Origin: Octopus sinensis
Taxonomy: Eukaryota
Direction of reading: 5' to 3'
NCBI RefSeq assembly: GCF_006345805.1
Contig: NC_043021.1
Span: 5,394,001 to 5,458,000 of the forward strand
Length of the DNA: 64,000 nucleotides
Shown piece after piece: positions 12,985 through 25,680 of this stretch. The notes beneath the pieces are model-generated. The model saw only the letters and a list, made by a program, of their open reading frames with translations, was not told where the DNA came from and ran no database searches. The position numbers and the translations under genes were made by a program. Every line of letters begins with the position of its first letter. The first letter of the stretch is position 1.

Positions 12985-13207
12985 AGGCGGCGAGCTGGCA
13001 GAAACGTTAGCACGTCGGGCGAAATGCTTTGCGGTATTTCGTCTGCTGTTACGTTCTGAGTTCAAATTCCACCGAGGTCGACTTTACCTTTCATCCTTTC
13101 GGGGTCGATAAATTAAGTACCAGTTACGCACTGGGGTCAATGTAATCGACTTAATACCTATGTCTGTCCTTGTTTGTTCCCTCTGTGGGTAATAAAGAAA
13201 TAGGTAT
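12985..13207 (+). mobile_element. SINE family A monomer
   Basis: Full head GGCGGCGAGCTGGCAGAAACGTTAGC through AAAGAAATAGGTAT. Confidence 0.9.
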
Positions 13208-13906
13208 CTGACTTTCCACAAAAACTGCTCAAAGGAACCAAAAATTGATGTGTTGTTGTGCAGCATGGAATGAATGGTTAACTGAAATGTGAAATTAAGG
13301 GGATAACAAAATAGCCACTGGCAGAGGGTTAAAAAAAAAGTATTCAGTATTATATAGTTTAAAAAAATATAATTGGTGACGTACAGTTTAAAAATAGGTT
13401 TGTAATTGCATATGCTTTTAGAAAGAGGCACTGATTGGCATTCTTTTCAAAAATAGGTACCCTCTGCCATATGGTTTTAAAAGTAGGTAGATTGCTAGTG
13501 GAATATGGCAGCTTATTTTTTTTTTTTTTTTCAAAATACAAAATATTTCTATTAGTCTTGTAATTAATTTGAGACACAAAGTGAAAATTTTAAATGGAAG
13601 ATGCACAGTCAGTTAGGTCACTCTCAAGTATAGCATCATTATCATCAGCATCACGTCCAATTGTTTCCATGCTTGTATGAGTTGGATGAAGTTGAGACAT
13701 ATTTTCTACAACTTCATGCCCTTCCTGTTGCGAACCCTTACCTGTTTGCAAGCAAGGTAATATTTCCCTATGGCCAGACATGTTTTCACAGTATATTGGA
13801 AATGAATGACATTCATATACGACAATGATGTGATGTCAATACAAGGAGACTCAATCATGCATATACATATGTACATACATAGGTACGTCCGTCCGTCCAT
13901 CCATCC

Positions 13907-13968
<62 letters not shown>

Positions 13969-14043
13969 AGGATCCTTGTTAAGTATTTTTACTTATTTTG
14001 TCCGTCCGTCCGTCCGTCCATCCATCCATCCATCCATCTATCC

Positions 14044-14105
<62 letters not shown>

Positions 14106-14451
14106 AGGATCCTTGTTAAGTATTTTTACTGTTGTTGCCCAAGCATGGCCACAGCCTTTAGGATGAAATTCTTGAAAAAATGACGGGTCCTTCATTTGTT
14201 TTGATAACAAGCATTCAGTTGTGTGATTAAGTGAATGTCTGATTTGTTAAATTAAAATATAAGTGGCTACACATTCCATGGACACGTGTAACTATTGACA
14301 TTACATCCAAATCAGATAAGCATGAGATTTACAATACATGATGAGTATGGACCTTTACATTATCTGTGCTATACGTGTGACAGGCTTCCATACAGTTTCC
14401 CCTCATCCTATAAGGGTCATGAACCTAAGGACATAATAAAGAATATTTGTC

Positions 14452-14788
14452 CAAGATGCTTTTACGGATTCCATGGACAGCGAGGCTCACCAATGGAGAA
14501 GTTCTTAAGCAGATAAGGCCGGAAATGTCGCTAGAAGCTAGGATCACCAAGCATTGATTGGCATATTTCGGTCATATTATGCGGAGAAAATCCCTGGAGA
14601 AGAACATCATGCTCGGAATGGTCAGTGGCAAGAGAGGTAGAGGCCGACCAAGAACCCGCTGGCTTGACACCATCAAGAGTGATACTGGAATGGACATAGC
14701 CGATCTGAAAGAAGCGGCCCAGGATAGAACTGACTGGAGGACACTGATCCAACGAGTAACCGAGAGTCGACTTCGACTGAGCGGATAG
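14452..14788 (+). mobile_element. 5'-truncated RTE/BovB-type LINE 3' end
   Basis: LRIPWTARLTNGEVLKQIRPEMSLEARITKH*LAYFGHIMRRKSLEKNIMLGMVSGKRGRGRPRTRWLD...SRLRLSG*, the typical BovB/RTE C-terminus; one internal stop. Confidence 0.92.
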
Positions 14789-15471
14789 TGCTATATAGTG
14801 GGATTGAACTGGGGATCTCATGATTGCAAACCAGACTTCTTAACCATTCAGCCATATATCAGTGAATGTTGACTACGTCCAGGTTCATGTTTAAAAATTT
14901 TTCCTGTTTAAAAATTTTTCCTTATGGTGGTGGTTTGTATATTATAATGGAATTTTTTATGACTGCATTAAACAAATAAAATTCTACCAGAACAGCTGTC
15001 GTAATTTTAAACACCATTTGTGTTTACTTTTTATACCTACACTACTCCAAAGACCCCACCCCTGAGCTGAGTTAGATTTGGTACTTGCACATGCATTTGA
15101 AGTATCCAATGTTCTTTATTTCACTGTGAGGTCTTTGTTATTGTACCTAGCCATTTCTGGTGTCTTGCTGCTTAATGTGCCTTGATTCTTATGAATCCCT
15201 ATAATAAAATCATACATGTTTTATTTATTTAATGCATTCATCTAAAATTAAGACAGGATCTTCAAGGGCTGGAATACCTATGATCATTACGGACTCTCCT
15301 GTTGTTAGACAATGGATGAGGCTTCTGGAATTCTTTGCTGGACAACTACACAAATTATTTATTTATATCAGTAGTTCTCAACTGTTTATGTCTATGGACT
15401 CCTTTGATTTCTATTTTACTTAGGGGTGGATTCTCATTGCCATTTGATGTCTAAAAATTCCCTATTATACA

Positions 15472-15816
15472 TTTCAATGGAAATTGCAGCTGTGGTACCA
15501 GTGCCGGTGGTACATAAGAGAACCATCCGAACGTGGCCGTTGCCAGCGCCGCCCCGACTCGCCTCGTGCCAGTGGCACATAAAAAGCACCATCTGATCGT
15601 GGCCGTTTGCCAGCCTTGTCTGGCACCTGTGCCGGTGGCACGTAAAAAGCACCCACTACACTCATGGAGTGGTTGGCATTAGGAAGGGCATCTAGCCGTA
15701 GAAACATTGCCAGATCAGACTGGGCCTGGTGCAGCCTTCTGGCTTCCCAGACCCCAGTTGAACCGTCCAACCCATGCTAGCATGGAAAGCGGGCGCTAAA
15801 CGATGATGATGATGAT
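15472..15816 (+). mobile_element. Family C SINE-like repeat, near full length
   Basis: Internal repeats GTGCCGGTGGCACGTAAAAAGCACC, GGTTGGCATTAGGAAGGGCATC, (GAT)n tail. Confidence 0.88.
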
Positions 15817-16149
15817 TATTAGGAATTGTATTAAAAAATTGTTAAAAGATTTTGTGTATTGTAGAAATATAACTAGTTTATTGCACACAAATTTTGGACC
15901 CTGGTTGAGAATCACGGGTTTATAGTGTGTGCTGAACATAAGCTCATTCCCTCCATCAAATTGACATTACCTGTACAGGTGCATGAGTTTGCTGCATGTC
16001 ACATGTTGAAATGATTGCAGAGCAATGTGAAATGAAGTGTTTTGCTTAAGAACACGTGCATTGCCTAATCTGGGAATTGAAACCTTGAACTTCCAATTGT
16101 GAGTGCAACATCTTGACCACTAAGCTATGATCATATATATATATATAAT

Positions 16150-16470
16150 ATACTCTTTTACTCTTTTACTTGTTTCAGTCATTTGACTGCAGCCATGCTG
16201 GAGCACTGCCTTTAATCGAGCAACTCAACCCGGGACTTATTCTTTTGTAAGCCCAGTACTTATTCTATCGGTCTCTTTTGCCAAACCACTAAGTAACGGG
16301 GACTTAAACACACCAGCATCAGTTGTCAAGCAATGCTAGAGGGACAAACACACACACACACACACGCATATATATATACATATATACGATGGGCTTCTTT
16401 TCAGTTTCCGTCTACCAAATCCACTCACAAGGCATTGGTGGGCCCGAGGCTATAGAAGAAGACACTTGCC
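16150..16470 (-). mobile_element. SINE family B, 5'-truncated
   Basis: Tail CTCTTTTACTTGTTTCAGTCATTTGACTG, internal (CA)/(TA) block, CTTGCCCAAG. Confidence 0.88.
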
Positions 16471-16577
16471 CAAGTTGCCATATATGTATTTCAAATTTTC
16501 AGAAAACAAAAGACGAAAACAGGTCAGGGAACAACAAGCAGGCGTATTAGTTTGATGCTGAGGAAGAATGGAAAAGT

Positions 16578-16613
16578 CTTTGACATTTTGAGCTGACACT
16601 CTTCGACAGAAAG
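16578..16613 (-). ncRNA. Decayed minimal hammerhead motif (CUGUCGA core) in a Penelope-like remnant (about 16490-16675)
   Basis: CUUU-CUGUCGA-A-GAGU GUCA GCUC-AAA-AUGU-C-AAAG; CpG-type changes at G12 and in stem III relative to the 26231 copy. Confidence 0.45.
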
Positions 16614-16679
16614 GGATGAGAGGGGGGGAAAAAGGAGGGAGAAAAAATGTGTAGGGATTAACGGTTTAACAACCCAATT

Positions 16680-17128
16680 AAGTTAAGTTAGTTAAGTTAA
16701 TTTTTTGGCTCAAAAAGCAAAAAGCAAGGCCATGTAGGGGGGGGGGGGCATGGAGTTATGTACAGGGAGGGTGTTCATGTAAAGAGTTCAGGCCATTTCT
16801 GGTCAAGGGAGACTTTGAACCGAGCGGTCGTCGGCATCTTCACTATCTCGTCCAGCAGCTTATTCCACGGATCCGCAACCCGGACGGAGGAAGCCCCTCT
16901 CCTTCGATTGAGATGAAATTGTCGCAGATAGAGCGTTTTGGAGTGACCCTGCAGCCAGCACTCTGGAGCAGGAGTGAAGAACAGCTCCTTCGAGAGGTTA
17001 CACTTTCTGCTTATGATGTTGTGAGCAAGGATGAGATCACCACGGCGGCGGCGTTTTTCTAAAGAATAAAGGTCGAGCGTCTTTAGCCTTTCTTCATAAG
17101 ACAAATGCTTGAGACCAAGGGCTGATCT
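16680..17128 (-). mobile_element. 5'-truncated CR1-type LINE 3' end
   Basis: GLKHLSYEERLKTLDLYSLEKRRRRGDLI...LQGHSKTL...SVRVADPWNKLLDEIV...FKVSLD; 3' UTR ends in (TAACT)n-like repeats. Confidence 0.9.
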
Positions 17129-17152
17129 ACAGCTGAACAGCTACAACAATAG

Positions 17153-17814
17153 CACTTTAAAAGCATTCAGATTACACTGCCAAATGTAAATGTAATACTT
17201 ATATTACATTGTTTCGAAATAATCATGCATTATATTGTAAGTTTGAGATTTCAGTGATATAATTGTTTATTTTGAGACTGACGTTATAGGGTAGACATAA
17301 ATTTCTTTATTGTCCACAAGGGGTTAAATGTAGAGGGAACTAACTAGGGCAGACAAACGGATTAAGTCGATTACATCGACTCCAGTGCGTAACTGGTACT
17401 TAATTTATCGAACCCGAAAGGATGAAAGGCAAAGTCGACTTCGGCGGAATTTGAACTCAGAACGTAGCGGCAGACGAAATACCTATTTCTTTACTACCCA
17501 CAAGGGGCTAAACATAGAGGGGACAAACAAGGACAGACAAACGGATTAAGTCGATTACACAGACCCCAGTGCGTAACTGGTACTTAATTTATCGACCCCG
17601 AAAGGATGTAAGGCAAAGTCGACCGCAGCGGAATTTGAACTCAGAACGTAACGACAGTCGAAATACTGCTAAGAATTTCGCCCAGCGTGCTAACGTTTCT
17701 GCCAGCTCGCCGCCTTCTAGGGTAGACATATAAGGGGTGGCAGGTTTTGGTTGAGTTAAACATAAAACAGGTAGAATATTTGGGTCGGATGTGGCCTGTT
17801 TAAATGCTAAAGGA
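17153..17814. mobile_element. piggyBac-like MITE interrupted by a SINE A dimer
   Basis: Right end ...TTTAAATGCTAAAGGA|TTAA and left end AGCATTCAGATTACACTG match the ends of the 41421-41775 element. Confidence 0.5.
17300..17717 (-). mobile_element. SINE family A dimer with 13-bp TSD
   Basis: Head plus two body units; TSD TAGGGTAGACATA at 17287-17299 and 17718-17730. Confidence 0.92.
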
Positions 17815-18081
17815 TTAAAGTTTTGTTGATTTTTTTTTTTTTTATAATCTAATTTTTTTTATTTTGGGGTTACATTTTTATTTTGTAATCTAAGTTAAAA
17901 ATTAAGAGATTGTATTATATTTAGAAAGGTATTTCCTCAGTGGCCACATGTATGCGAGGGATGGGGCAGGGTGGGGGAGTAACTACTGCTTCCTTAACTT
18001 TTCACATTCCAAATCTGTTTTATATTTTCTGACTCACTCTTCCCCTTTCTCTCTCATTCTCTACTACTCTGTTTCTTCCCT

Positions 18082-18117
<36 letters not shown>

Positions 18118-18225
18118 TTCCCAAATCTATTTTTTATTCCATTTTAAGTTTTTAAATTTATATTTCTTTGTGTCATTTTGTGTAATAAAACTTTTTTTTT
18201 TAAATATAGTTTTGAGATTAGTTGA

Positions 18226-18327
18226 AATGTGTATATATGTGTGTGTATATATATATATATAGTGTGTGGGTGTGGGTTGTGATATATATGTGTGTGTATA
18301 TATATATATATAGATTGGTGGGTGTGT

Positions 18328-18368
<41 letters not shown>

Positions 18369-19130
18369 TTGTGTATGTATATATTATATATATATGTGTG
18401 TTATGGTGTGTGTGTGTATATATGTGTGTGTGTGTGTGTATATATATGTGTGTGTTATATTATTGTGGGTGTGTGTATATATATGTGTGTGTGTGTGTAT
18501 ATTATATATATGTGTGTGTGTGTATTATATATATGTGTGGTGTTGTGTTGTATATGTGTGTGTGTGTGTGTATATATATGTGTGTTTGTGTATATATGTG
18601 TGTGTGTGTGTTATATATGTGTGTTTGTGTATATATATGTGTGTGTGTGTATATATATGTGTTTGTTGTATATGTGTGTGTGTGTATATATATTGTTTGT
18701 GTTGTGTATATGTGTGTGTGTAATATATATGTGTGTGTGTTATATATATGTGGGTGTATATATATATGTGTGGTGTATATATATGTGTGTGTGTGTGTAT
18801 ATTATATGTGTGTGGTGTGTGTGTATATATATATATGTGTGTGAATGTGTCTGTGTGTATATATATGTGTGTGTGATGGTATATATATATATGTATGTGT
18901 GTGTGTGTGTGTGTCTTTTAGTATGTGTATGTGTGTGTGTCTTTTAGTGTGTGTGTGTGTGTAAGTACATGCTTGCTTCTGTTTATGCGTCAGATGAATT
19001 TGTGTGTACACTTGTGAAGCTATGTCTATATGTTTATGTTCTATACATGTGGTGTGTATGTATGTTCTATATACGTGTGTGTGTGTGTGTATATACATGT
19101 ATATTATGTGTATGTGTGTATCTTATGTAT
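18226..19130. repeat. Compound (TA)n/(TG)n microsatellite field
   Basis: About 900 bp of mixed dinucleotide repeats; source of the V/C/Y/I-rich ORFs. Confidence 0.95.
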
Positions 19131-20105
19131 TAGTGTCTGTATGGATGGATAGGTGTGTATTTACTCCTGATAATACCTTAGTGTATCTGTGAGGTATAAA
19201 CAGGATGTGGCAATCCTCCAAAGAAAGCTTGTTCCATCACCTCTACCTCTTCGTCATATCTTGGGGGTAGTGGGCAACACTGGTGGTAGGTAGACAGATG
19301 CAGGGGTAGGTGGGGGGGTCAGAATGGGTTTATATTTTAGTAAATGTGGGTGAGTAGGTGGGCGGACTGAAACATTTGAACATTCTCTTTTCACTTACTC
19401 ATCTACAGCCACTACGTGGTGATGCTAGTGGTGGTAGTTGTTGAAGTGGTGGTTGTTGTTGTGGTGGTGGTAGTGGTTGTGATGGTGATTGTGGTAGCTG
19501 AAGTAGGTTTGGTGGTTGTTAGCTTTTGTTGAAGTGGTTGTTGTGATTGTGGTAGTTACGTTCTGAGTTCAAATTCCGCCGAGGTCGACTTTACCTTTCA
19601 TCCTTTTGGGTTTGATTAAATAAGTACCAGTTATGCACTGAGGTCGATATAATCGACTTAATCCGTTTGTCTGTCCTTGTTTATCCTCTCTGTGCTTAGC
19701 CCCTTGTGGGTAGTAGAGAAATAGGTAGTGGTTGTGATGGTGATTCTGCCAGCTCACTACTGTAATAATAATAATAATTAATTCTTTTATTGGCCACAAG
19801 GGCTGACAAAAATCAATTATTACATAAAGGGACAAAAACAGGACGAAAGATTACAAAGGGTTTTGTCCGTTTGTAAAAAACCGTGTAAAAACAGTGTAAC
19901 AATCAAAAATTATTACAACGCAAAACTCCCAATAGGGGGAGGCGTTACAAAAGGTTCCTGGTGGAAAAAACCCATAAAAGCCAACGGGAGCCTGGTCAAA
20001 AGGGGGGTAGAGAGCCCCTTTCTCCTTTATATTACTTTTTTAAATCACAGGTGTAACCTCAGAATGGCTCCTTCATACTAGCCATTCTTACGACATTTAT
20101 AATAA

Positions 20106-20205
20106 NNNNNNNNNNNNNNNNNNNNNNNNNNNNNNNNNNNNNNNNNNNNNNNNNNNNNNNNNNNNNNNNNNNNNNNNNNNNNNNNNNNNNNNNNNNNNNN
20201 NNNNN
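20106..20205. other. Assembly gap (100 N)
   Basis: Run of exactly 100 N, a typical placeholder for a gap of unknown size. Confidence 0.98.
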
Positions 20206-20437
20206 AGGTGCCAGACGAGGCTGGCAAACGGCCACGATCGGATGGTGCTTTTTACGTGCACCGGCACAGGTGCCAGGACGAGGCTGGCAAACGGCCACGA
20301 TCGGATGGTGCTTTTTACGTGCCAGACGACGGCTGGCAAACGGCCACGATCGGATGGTGCTTTTTACGTGCCACCGGCACAGGTGCCAGACGAGGCTGGA
20401 AAACGGCCACGATCGGATGGTGCTTTTTACGTGCCAC
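20206..20437 (-). repeat. Tandem expansion of the family C internal repeat at the gap edge
   Basis: About four variable-length units built on GGCTGGCAAACGGCCACGATCGGATGGTGCTTTTTACGTG. Confidence 0.85.
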
Positions 20438-20694
20438 ATTCCCTTCCTATCTTTTATAGGAAGCACAAGCACTTTCACACACATGTATACACAAGACAGG
20501 AACTTGTGCCTACCAAATTGAATCTCAAGTCTTCAGTCAGCCTGAGGCTATAGTAAAAGACACTTGCCCAAAGTTCCTTGCAGTGGGACCAAACCCCAAA
20601 CCCATGTGGTTGAGAAGCAAGGTTCCTAACCATGCAACCATATCTACACAGACACACACATACACACATGTACGCACCATATTTACTTCATATA

Positions 20695-21090
20695 AGTTAC
20701 ACGCTATTTACTTCATATAAGTTACATGGGTTCAGTCCCACTGCATGGCACCTTGGGCAAGTGTCTTCTACTATAACCTCGGGCCGACCAAAGCCTTGTG
20801 AGTGGATTTGGTAGATGGAAACTGAAAGAAGCCCATCGTATATATCTATATATATGTGTGCGTGTGCGTGTATGTTTGTGTGTCTGTGTTTGTCTCATCC
20901 AAACATCGCTTGACAACCGATGCTGGTGTGTTTATGTCCCCGTCACATAGCGGTTCGGCAAAAGAGACCGATAGAATAAGTACTGCGCTTACAAAAGAAT
21001 AAGTCCCAGGGTTAAGTTGCTCGATTAAAGGCGGTGCTCCAGCATGGCCACAGTCAAATGACTGAAACAAGTAAAAGAGTAAAAGAGAGA
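20695..21090 (+). mobile_element. SINE family B
   Basis: GGGTTCAGTCCCACTGCATGGCACCTTGGGCAAGT through the AGTAAAAGAG tail. Confidence 0.88.
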
Positions 21091-21684
21091 AAGCTTTAAT
21101 TTCCCTTCATTATTTTAGCCTTGTCCTGTGTATAAGTCACACCCCAGTTCACCCCCCAGTTTCTTTCTTTTATTCCAGTTAAAATCAAGTATAAAAAAAG
21201 TGTGACATATTATTACTCCAGTAAATTCAGTACTTGTCCCAGAGACATGAACAAACTTGTTGCATTTTGAGAATTACATTTCCTGAATTCTTTTACCATA
21301 TACCACAGTTTCTTCCTTGGTATCTAGTGTTGTTTTTGTTCATTTATTTTTCTTAAAACGAAACTAAATTCTCCCTGGGGAGGGATTCATTTTTATTCCA
21401 GTTGAGAAATGCGAGGCAGAAACCATTTCTTTCTTTAAGTACTTTTCTTCAAAAATTTTATCAGTTCCTCTATTAAAGATTCATCCAACTTGTGATTTCT
21501 CCCCAACCCCTACTTTTCTTTGCACTTCATGTATGTGATCTGATGTGTGTGTGTGTGTTTATGTATTTGTGTGTAAATTTGTAGATAGCTTTGTGTGTAT
21601 GCAGAGCTATGAATGTGTGAGTGAGAGGAGGAGGAGAAAAAAAGGACAAGAGGAGTGAGTGATAGAACAGCTGAGAAGTTTACT

Positions 21685-22074
21685 AGGCGCAGGAGTGGCT
21701 GTGTGGTAAGTAGCTTGCTAACCAACCACATGGTTCCGGGTTCAGTTCCACTGCGTGGCATCTTGGGCAAGTGTCTTCTGCTATAGCCCCGGGCCGACCA
21801 ATGCCTTGTGAGTGAATTTGGCAGACGGAAACTGAAAGAAGCCTGTCGTATATATGTATATATATATATAAGTGTGTGTATATGTCTGTGTTTGTCCCGA
21901 TGCTGGTGTGTTTACGTCTCCGTCACTTAGCAGTTCGGTAAAAGAGACCGATAGAATAAGTACTGGGCTTCAAAAGAATAAGTCCCGGGGTCGATTTGCT
22001 CGACTAAAGGCGGTGCTCCAGCATGGCCACAGTCAAATGACTGAAACAAGTAAAAGAGTAAAAGAGTAAAAGAG
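21685..22074 (+). mobile_element. SINE family B, full length (tRNA-derived head, CORE-like domain)
   Basis: Head AGGCGCAGGAGTGGCTGTGTGGTAAG, B box GGTTCAGTTCC, CTTGGGCAAGT resembling the start of the CORE domain, (AGTAAAAG)n tail. Correspondence to a described octopus SINE (OK/OR1/OR2) is not verified. Confidence 0.92.
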
Positions 22075-22225
22075 AAAGAATAAGTAGAAGAAGAAAAAAG
22101 GAAGAGTGAGGGCGAAAAAAGAAGCTTACATATATTTCGGCTTTTAAAATGGTACTTTTAATATCTGCCAGGGGTGACGTGGGTCTCCTAGCCTGTGTCA
22201 ATTTCTTCACTAAATGACCCATTTT

Positions 22226-22625
22226 CATTTACTCTTTTACTTGTTTCAGTCATTTTGACTGCAGCCATGCTGGAGCACCGCCTTTTTAGTCGGGCAACTC
22301 GACCCCGGGACTTATTCTTTTGAAGCCCAGTACTTATTCTATCGGTCTCTTTTTGCCGAACCGCTAAGTAACGGGGACATAAACACACCAGCATCGGTTG
22401 TCAAGCAATGCTAGGGGGACAAACACAGACACACAAACACACACACGCATATACATATATACGATGGGCTTCTTTCAGTTTCCGTCTACCAAATCCACTC
22501 ACAAGGCTTTGGTCGGCCCGAGGCTATAGTAGAAGACACTTGCCCAAGGTGCCATGCAGTGGGACTGAACCCGGAACCATGTGGTTGGTAAACAAGCTAC
22601 TTACCACACAGCCACTCCTGCGCCT
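22226..22625 (-). mobile_element. SINE family B, full length with 12-bp TSD
   Basis: TSD ATGACCCATTTT at 22214-22225 and 22626-22637. Confidence 0.92.
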
Positions 22626-24856
22626 ATGACCCATTTTTATTTATTTATCTGTTTGGTTCTTTGTTTTATATATCATTTGTTTGTCATGGGACTGTGACCA
22701 TGCTGGGCTACCACCTCGAACAAATTGAAACCAGTGCATATGTTTTTCTTTGTTTTTTTTTTAAATTTTTTTAATGACCGGTATTTATTCAGTGGGGATC
22801 TTTTACTGAATCGCTAAGTCATGGGAATGTAAACAAACCAACACCTGTTGTCCCATGACAAACAAATGCAATATAAAACAAAGAACCAAACAGATAAATA
22901 AATAAAAATGGGTCATAGGCGCAGGAATGGCTGTGTGGTAAGTAGCTTGCTTACCAACTTGGGATATTTACCAATAGATAAGCAACTCCTATTTCAGGAT
23001 AACCTCATGGTATGGAATACGCAGAGACATATATTATACATATATAAAAAGATTGATCCTCTCTCCATGCTCTCTCTTGTTTATTTTGAGGTATATATAG
23101 AAGGTGGGTCTCATCAGATCTGCATGTACTCTGCTCACTCTACCTATATTCCACCTCTTTACTGGTCATTTGGCATCAATAGTCATCATCTACTCTCACC
23201 AAATTATCCATCTCTTGCTATTCATTACTCTGGCCCCTTTTCTTTCCTTGTGTTGGTGACTTGAGAAAATGCACCTAGGACACTCTGTAAAGGGTTTGGG
23301 GGTGTAAATAAAGGCATCCATCCTTCAAAACCAAATCAAAAATTTAGGAATGAAATGTGGTCTTCTGAGTCAGCTAGGTGAGTAGCAGCAACAAGGCCAT
23401 ACCTGTAAAATGATGTTGGCGATAGTGATGAAATGTATATTTTCCTACATATTTGATGATGATGATGATGTTGATGAAATATATATGTTTTCATATGTGT
23501 ATACATACATGGAAGGCATAGTTGAAATATTGTATATATATAAAACACGTAACCAGGTACAAGTAATTGTACAAATTGGCATTGAGTTGGGTGTTTCAGT
23601 CACTTGTGGGTGGATGTGTGTGTGTGTGTGTATGCATAGGTGTGTGTGTGTGTGTGTGTATGCATAGGTGTGTGTGTGTGTGTGTGTGTATGCATATGCA
23701 TAGGTGTGTGTGTGTGTGTTGTTCATGTTGTTGTTTCATTATTAACATTCAATGGTTGATTAATCTACGCTTCTATTATACATATCTAATCAAATATACA
23801 AATCATTGGCTGCATGGCTGGCTGGTTGGCTGGCTGGTTGGCTGGCTGGCTGGCTTGCTGGTGGGTTGGTTGATTGGGTGGATGGGCTATTTGGTTTCTC
23901 TGTTATGCATGTGTGTGGGATGTGATGTGATGGTGGTGTGGTGTTGGCGTGTTTATTGTTCCAACTCCCACCTCATCTTTAAATACAGCATTTCTGAAAA
24001 ACTTCAGAAAGTAAGAACTGTTTGACCCAGATATTCCCAATGACACATGCCTCCTCTCTCTCTCTCTCACTTTATATATCTATTATATATATGCACACAC
24101 TCACATATATACACATATAATATATATATATATAATATATAAATATATATATAGTTCTATTTGAAAACCCCACCAGAATGGACGAAAGCGCTAATATATG
24201 ATATATGATTTATAAAAACATGTAATATACAAATAAATATCTGTAAATATAAAACCATCCGAATTTCTGAGCACCTCATTTCTTCTAATATAAAATACCT
24301 GTACATCATCTCCAAACCTTCCAATATATATATATATATTGGAACCTGGTGCAGCCTCTTGGCTTCTCAGACCCCGGTCTAACCGTCCAACCCATGCTAG
24401 CATGGAAAACGGACGTTAAAAGATGATGATATATATATTATATATATATCTACACCACACACACACACACCACACACACACCATGCATATATATAGAATA
24501 GCCTCATGCCTACATACAGATATATGTACATGTGTGTGTAAATTTATACGCATTATACACATACATGTGTATGTACAAACACACACACATACACACACTT
24601 ACACACACTTGCATACATGCATGCATAGCAGGTCTTTGACCACAAAGTACATAGACCCCTGTTACTGTACGGATTCTTCTGTTTCGTTTTCACCCCACCC
24701 CCACGCCCCTCATCCCCCCATCCCCCACACCCCTCATCATCCCACATCTCCTCCTCCATCTCCCAATCACAAAAGTGTTAGTCAGCATCTCTAGTTAGTC
24801 TCTGGCTTATGTCCAGAACCTATATGTACAAACACACACATATATGTATATATAAA

Positions 24857-24890
<34 letters not shown>

Positions 24891-25594
24891 TACATACATA
24901 CATACACACAGGTACACGTGTGTGTGTGTGTGTTATCTTCTGCCTCCCTCACATCGTTGCCGGCTGTCTGAATCTCTTTTTCTGTTTCTCTCTCTCTCTC
25001 CTTCATCACCAATCTTCTCTTCTCTTCTCTTCTATCATTTGCTTTTCATGTCATCCGTGGTTTTTCTTTCTATTTATGCATCTCTTCCTTCACAACTATC
25101 TCCTCTATCTCATGTCTCTATCTCTCTCTCATTTCTCACACACATATTTTTCTTACCCCTCTCTCTATCTTGAATTTTTCGCTCACTCTTTCTCTCTCTT
25201 TCATACCTTACCCCTTTCCTTGTTCTTTGTCTCTCTCTCTCTTCCTCTCTCTCATCTACACCACTCAACCTTCTCTTCCATCTTTCTCACATTCTCTCTC
25301 TCTTTCTCTCTCTGAATAACTTATACACTTTGTCTTCCCCAAATCTCTGTATGCATTCTCTCTCACTCTCTCTCTCTCTCTCTCATGCATACATACATAC
25401 ATACATACATATATATATATATCTTGAGAACACATTCTTCATGGAAAATAGCGATTTTGACGTCTATATCTAGCATATTGACCCTCCACTTTTAGTGGTC
25501 AGTCCTTTAAATTTTGTATGTAAAAAATATTATTTTAATATGCTAGGCCACTGGTTTTAATTGATTAATATCAATTTCTACCCTTATTCAATTT

Positions 25595-25680
<86 letters not shown>

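Noticed and set aside
15278-15337. 60-nt minus-strand exon candidate (KEFQKPHPLSNNRRVRNDH)
   Set aside because: Weak donor GTATTC, no recognisable homology, and compatible with chance.
18222-18947. 241-aa and overlapping ORFs
   Set aside because: Translations of (TA)/(TG) microsatellite; no coding signature.
19800-20105. Homopolymer-rich sequence before the gap
   Set aside because: Looks like a degraded retroelement 3' end or low-quality contig edge; cannot be classified.
21685-21760. tRNA genes at SINE heads
   Set aside because: A/B-box-like motifs are present but there is no closed acceptor stem; heads run directly into SINE bodies.
22975-23040. Minus-strand CCATGAGGTTATCCTGAAA hammerhead-like string
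   Set aside because: The core is incomplete and there are no stems I or III.
23336-23410. Splice-like signals on both strands
   Set aside because: Conflicting orientations, short frames and no supporting similarity.
24150-24200. Hammerhead 3' half GACGAAAGCGCTA with palindromic AGCGCT
   Set aside because: The upstream core and stem II cannot be closed convincingly.
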